From assembly GCA_000165345.1 (NCBI GenBank), contig CM000431.1, positions 384,001-448,000 of the forward strand: DNA of 64,000 nt, given 5' to 3'. Shown here piece by piece: positions 60,967 to 64,000 of the stretch. A program made the position numbers and the translations under genes. The notes beneath the pieces are model-generated. The model did not search any database, was not told the DNA's origin, and was given only the letters and a program-made list of their open reading frames with translations. The first letter of the stretch is position 1. Each line of letters opens with the position of its first letter.

Positions 60967-62004
60967 CTATGAAATGTCCATTTCTTGATCAGGATGCTCT
61001 TCTTTTTTGTTAATTAAAATAACGGATGCAAATGAGCGTCTATTTGTTCCTTTAGCAAGGGCTTTAATAGCATTATTATTAATAAAGTCAAATGAGTTGA
61101 CTTTAACCTTTCTATCAAAATCCAGCGATAAAAGTACATGACAAATGTTGGATAAGTCCATAGGAGTCTTAATATCCAATGGAAATGATGGATTGCATGT
61201 AATAATAATATTTTTGTGGGGAACATGTCTGGTAAGTGTATTAAGATTAGAGAAAAAATTACGTCTGGAATTACCTTTATTTAATATGCATTGTGAGATA
61301 TCAAGTTCAAAAAAGATTCCTCTGGAGATTGCAAGGTTAATTTGTGGGCGTTTAATAATAAATGGAAGTCTTGGAGCAGATGAAATGTCGATAGAAATGA
61401 TATCGCATTCTACAGATGAAATTGCAGAATTTAATGCATTTTGTGTGGTTGGTCTTACAGAGACCAAATCGTAGGGTTGATTTGGTACTGATGAGAATAT
61501 AGCCTTGCTCCAGCTATCAGAAGATTCATTGCATGGTCCTCTAGATAAAGCATTTATATAAGGAACGCAATCAGGATTATCAAAAACTATGCTTAATCTT
61601 CTTAGTTGAAGAAAGTCAAAAGATGTATCATCTTCTTTTCCAAATTGTTTATTAATTTCAAAATTATGGCAGGAAAGGCTAAGAGGTAAATATGCATTTT
61701 TAGGAACTAATGGACCACTATTTGACTTGACAATAAGACTTCTTTTTCTCATGCCACGAAGTTCTTCTTTTTCTAATTGAATATATTGAATAGGACAAAC
61801 GTGTCCTTCTTTAGCCAGGATGCTAAGAATATTGCCACTTACTGAATTCTTATTTGGGCTACTTCTTAACTTGTTGCATTTTTCTACCAAATTCAGAGTA
61901 TTGTTAAAGGCAATGCCAAGATATCCAAAACTATAAGCTTTAAGAATCAATTCTTTTGCTTTGTTTAAATCTCCTGGCCAGTTTACGCATAATTCAAAAC
62001 TCAT
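60967..62004 (-). CDS. RNase P/MRP protein subunit p30 (Rpp30/Rpp1).
   Basis: YDLVSVRPTTQNALNSAISSVECDIISIDIS and FIIKRPQINLAISRGIFFELDIS compare with human RPP30 YDVVAVFPKTEKLFHIACTHLDVDLVCITVT and FYFKRPPINVAIDRGLAFELVYS. Confidence 0.75.
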   Translation of the reverse strand: MSFELCVNWPGDLNKAKELILKAYSFGYLGIAFNNTLNLVEKCNKLRSSPNKNSVSGNILSILAKEGHVCPIQYIQLEKEELRGMRKRSLIVKSNSGPLVPKNAYLPLSLSCHNFEINKQFGKEDDTSFDFLQLRRLSIVFDNPDCVPYINALSRGPCNESSDSWSKAIFSSVPNQPYDLVSVRPTTQNALNSAISSVECDIISIDISSAPRLPFIIKRPQINLAISRGIFFELDISQCILNKGNSRRNFFSNLNTLTRHVPHKNIIITCNPSFPLDIKTPMDLSNICHVLLSLDFDRKVKVNSFDFINNNAIKALAKGTNRRSFASVILINKKEEHPDQEMDIS

Positions 62005-62127
62005 TTGAGATTTCTGAAATGTTTTATTTATTTATTGTAGTTCTTAACACTTTATCAATGCTAATTATACTATTTTTAAGAAGACTTTAATACATTTAAT
62101 AGAATTATGGCAATTTTGACAAATTTC

Positions 62128-62141
62128 ATTTGGCGCCATCC
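62128..62141. promoter_or_regulatory. E2F-like box ATTTGGCGCCATCC in a bidirectional promoter (Rpp30 / CZIB-like).
   Basis: It lies between two divergent start codons, 62004 (minus strand) and 62272 (plus strand). Confidence 0.5.
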
Positions 62142-62271
62142 TAATTATTTATATTTTATAAACCAAAATAAGTTGAGTGTTTTCAAAGTTAATTTTTAAT
62201 TACTGGTTTTGAATCCATTAGGCTCAAATAACAATATCTCTCTTTTTAAATTTCAGAAATTGTATATTGAA

Positions 62272-62760
62272 ATGACTGTCTTTGTTCTGTATGTACAAGC
62301 AGATTTTGAGGGAATCGAAGAACTTATCTTCCCAGAAAACTATACATGGTGTTTTGATATAGAACAAAGCGCAGGCTCACTAACTAAAGAAAGAATTACT
62401 GTTGATCCTAATGAAAGTATTGAGATGGAAAATAGCAGAGGCATTGTAAATTTTGCAATGAAATGGGAATCCGATAAGAGACAATCAACAATTACTTGCA
62501 TCAAGTTAAATAACATATCAAGAATGAAAGTAACTAGCGAAGATGAGGGTAAACTAGTTCCTGTTGCAGCTTTTGATTGCAGAGGAATCAACTTAACCAA
62601 ATGGAATCCAAGCTTTGGTTACAATGTCATTTCAAATTCTGGAAAGAAGTTTGAAAACATTAATTTAGAAGAACTCGAGTGGTGTGATTTTGACGAAAAT
62701 TCTAATGAATCTGTTGGAATTTACAATTTAAACAGTGAATTTAGAGTCCACAAAGTTTAG
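62272..62760 (+). CDS. CXXC-motif zinc-binding protein homologue (DUF866/UPF0587, C1orf123/CZIB family).
   Basis: MTVFVLYVQADFEGIEELIFP... and the C-terminal WCDFDENSNESVGIYNLNSEFRVHKV compare with human CZIB MGKIALQLKATLENITNLRP... and ...WTDYDEKAQESVGIYEVTHQFVKC. The track ORF starts 21 codons upstream at TTG 62209; the first ATG is at 62272. Confidence 0.7.
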   Translation: MTVFVLYVQADFEGIEELIFPENYTWCFDIEQSAGSLTKERITVDPNESIEMENSRGIVNFAMKWESDKRQSTITCIKLNNISRMKVTSEDEGKLVPVAAFDCRGINLTKWNPSFGYNVISNSGKKFENINLEELEWCDFDENSNESVGIYNLNSEFRVHKV

Positions 62761-63295
62761 GCCTATCTCTACACCCATCCCCACACTTTGCACATTTTTT
62801 TTCCGCGCATGTATATAACACTTTTTACATTCAAAATTGACATGTAATTCATCTTTATTAATATTTGAAATGTATCCTCTAGAAATTTTACATGCAAGGC
62901 CAATTGCTTTTGCTGATAATGCATGTATATTTAATCTTTTTTTTTTTAAATTTTAACAGCTTTTCAATTGGTACTTTTCTAATAACTACTCTACAAAATT
63001 CTAGCACTTTAATACTAATTTGTGAATACTAAAAAGATATTATTTGTGTTGAATTAAGGTTAATTCTCCAGTAAAATAGTATTTACTGAATAATGAAACT
63101 TTTCAGCGGGCTTGCAATTCTATTCTAATTATTGAATATTCAAATCCAATTTTAGTAAGAAATAATGCCATATTAATTCAGTATAATTTCAATCATAATC
63201 TGTAGCTAGATTTCAAATTAAACTTAGAGAAAAAAAAAATGTTCATATTTGTAAAGCAACGATATTTGATTCTTATCAGATTTGTTTATCACAAT

Positions 63296-63320
63296 TCGGC
63301 GGGCATTTTGGGCGGTAAAC
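63296..63320. promoter_or_regulatory. E2F-like double box TTCGGCGGGCATTTTGGGCGGTAAAC.
   Basis: No gene start lies within the window downstream. The box implies a promoter for a gene beyond the window end or on the minus strand. Confidence 0.4.
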
Positions 63321-63940
63321 TAGATCAATAAAAAAAATATTAAGTAGAAACCTCATAGATGTACATAATAATAAGCAGTAATAAACAGAGACTGTAAGAT
63401 AATATAAAAATAAGTTTTTTTTTTAAATTGAGAAATAATTTAATAAAAAAAAGAGTATTAGAAAGGAGAGTTGATAGGTAAATAAGTAGCAAAAATATTT
63501 ATTCACCTATTTTTGAGTTATAGAAACAGATATTTTGCGATATATTTGGTTCAGTGAAACGGGTTAAATTAATTTGTGGACTAAAGAAAGTATTGCTGGA
63601 GATATATACTTATAATAATTAATTTTCATAATATTGAGATATTGTTTGATTTTAAGTTTACCTTCTATTTTTGAATTAAATACTACTGTGAGATTGCCTC
63701 AGAATTTATAGTACCTGGTCTATTTTACTAAATCTGGCATTTTTTTAACAGAATATATATAAAATTGAAAATATTTACCTTAATATCAAAAAGTTAATAT
63801 CCAATCGTCAAGTATTATTTTAGTTATATGGGAATTAGACTCTGGATATAAACAGTTTTGAAGTAATTGCTTATCACTATATTATATTATGATCAGATAG
63901 AGAAACTGAATCTTTCTGTTTTCATCTAATATTCACTATA

Positions 63941-64000
63941 CGCACATATATATATATGTGTATTAATTTATATATATATGTATATATATATATATATTTA
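63941..64000. repeat. TA/TATG-rich microsatellite-like tract at the window end.
   Basis: ACATATATATATATGTGTATTAATTTATATATATATGTATATATATATATAT. Confidence 0.6.

Noticed and set aside
1-64000. Prokaryote-style accessory systems: CRISPR arrays, restriction-modification or defence operons, IS elements and integrons.
   Set aside because: The sequence is eukaryotic. It has spliceosomal introns, pol III SRP RNA, CDK, RFC, profilin and a mucin. It has no direct-repeat/spacer arrays, no inverted-repeat-bounded transposase ORFs and no operon-like co-directional overlaps.

Overview
The window is eukaryotic, AT-rich (about 70% AT) and very gene-dense. I count about 30 protein-coding genes in 64 kb, mostly single-exon, usually separated by only 150-900 nt.

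Organism. Several things point to a Cryptosporidium chromosome segment (C. parvum/hominis-like; I cannot fix the species from sequence alone):
- a fused two-domain PPi-dependent phosphofructokinase;
- an apicomplexan-type profilin;
- a signal-peptide mucin with a roughly 50-residue poly-Thr tract;
- above all, GC-rich E2F-like boxes (GGCGCCAAA / TTTGGCGGGAAA / CCCGCC) placed 100-500 nt upstream of almost every start codon, and recurrent TGCATGCA boxes.
No prokaryotic-type systems (CRISPR, operons, IS elements) are present.

Genes I can support from motifs:
- a UBL-domain protein;
- an EEF1AKMT4/ECE2-type methyltransferase;
- two tandem paralogous IQ-motif proteins, each ending in an AMPK-beta-like glycogen-binding (CBM48-like) domain;
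- a COG2/Vps51-family protein;
- the PPi-PFK;
- Kish/TMEM167;
- a U1-type zinc-finger (WBP4-like) protein;
- an RFC small subunit;
- a tandem-GAF-like protein;
- a dual-specificity phosphatase;
- a PP2C;
- an OB-fold protein;
- a PSTAIRE-type CDK;
- a 37-residue-repeat (HPR/FASTK-like) tail-anchored protein;
- an SDE2-like protein;
- the mucin;
- a CRAL-TRIO protein;
- a DIX-like plus poly-Pro protein;
- profilin;
- a GH31 alpha-glucosidase;
- a DDX55/Spb4-like DEAD-box helicase;
- a 4-TM poly-His protein;
- a START-domain protein;
- RNase P/MRP Rpp30;
- a DUF866/CZIB homologue.

What the ORF track misses or misleads on:
- a 7SL/SRP RNA gene on the minus strand, masquerading as a 110-aa ORF;
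- a four-exon gene whose first exon is only ATG GAG;
- a two-exon SARNP/Tho1-like SAP protein;
- a two-exon HYPK-like protein;
- many ORF 5' ends that begin at TTG/GTG rather than ATG, which I trimmed.

I do not see a single discrete novel system that I can defend. The most interesting candidates are the tandem IQ-CBM48 pair, the hidden ncRNA and intron-containing genes, and promoter-type motif clusters sitting in convergent 3' intergenic regions.
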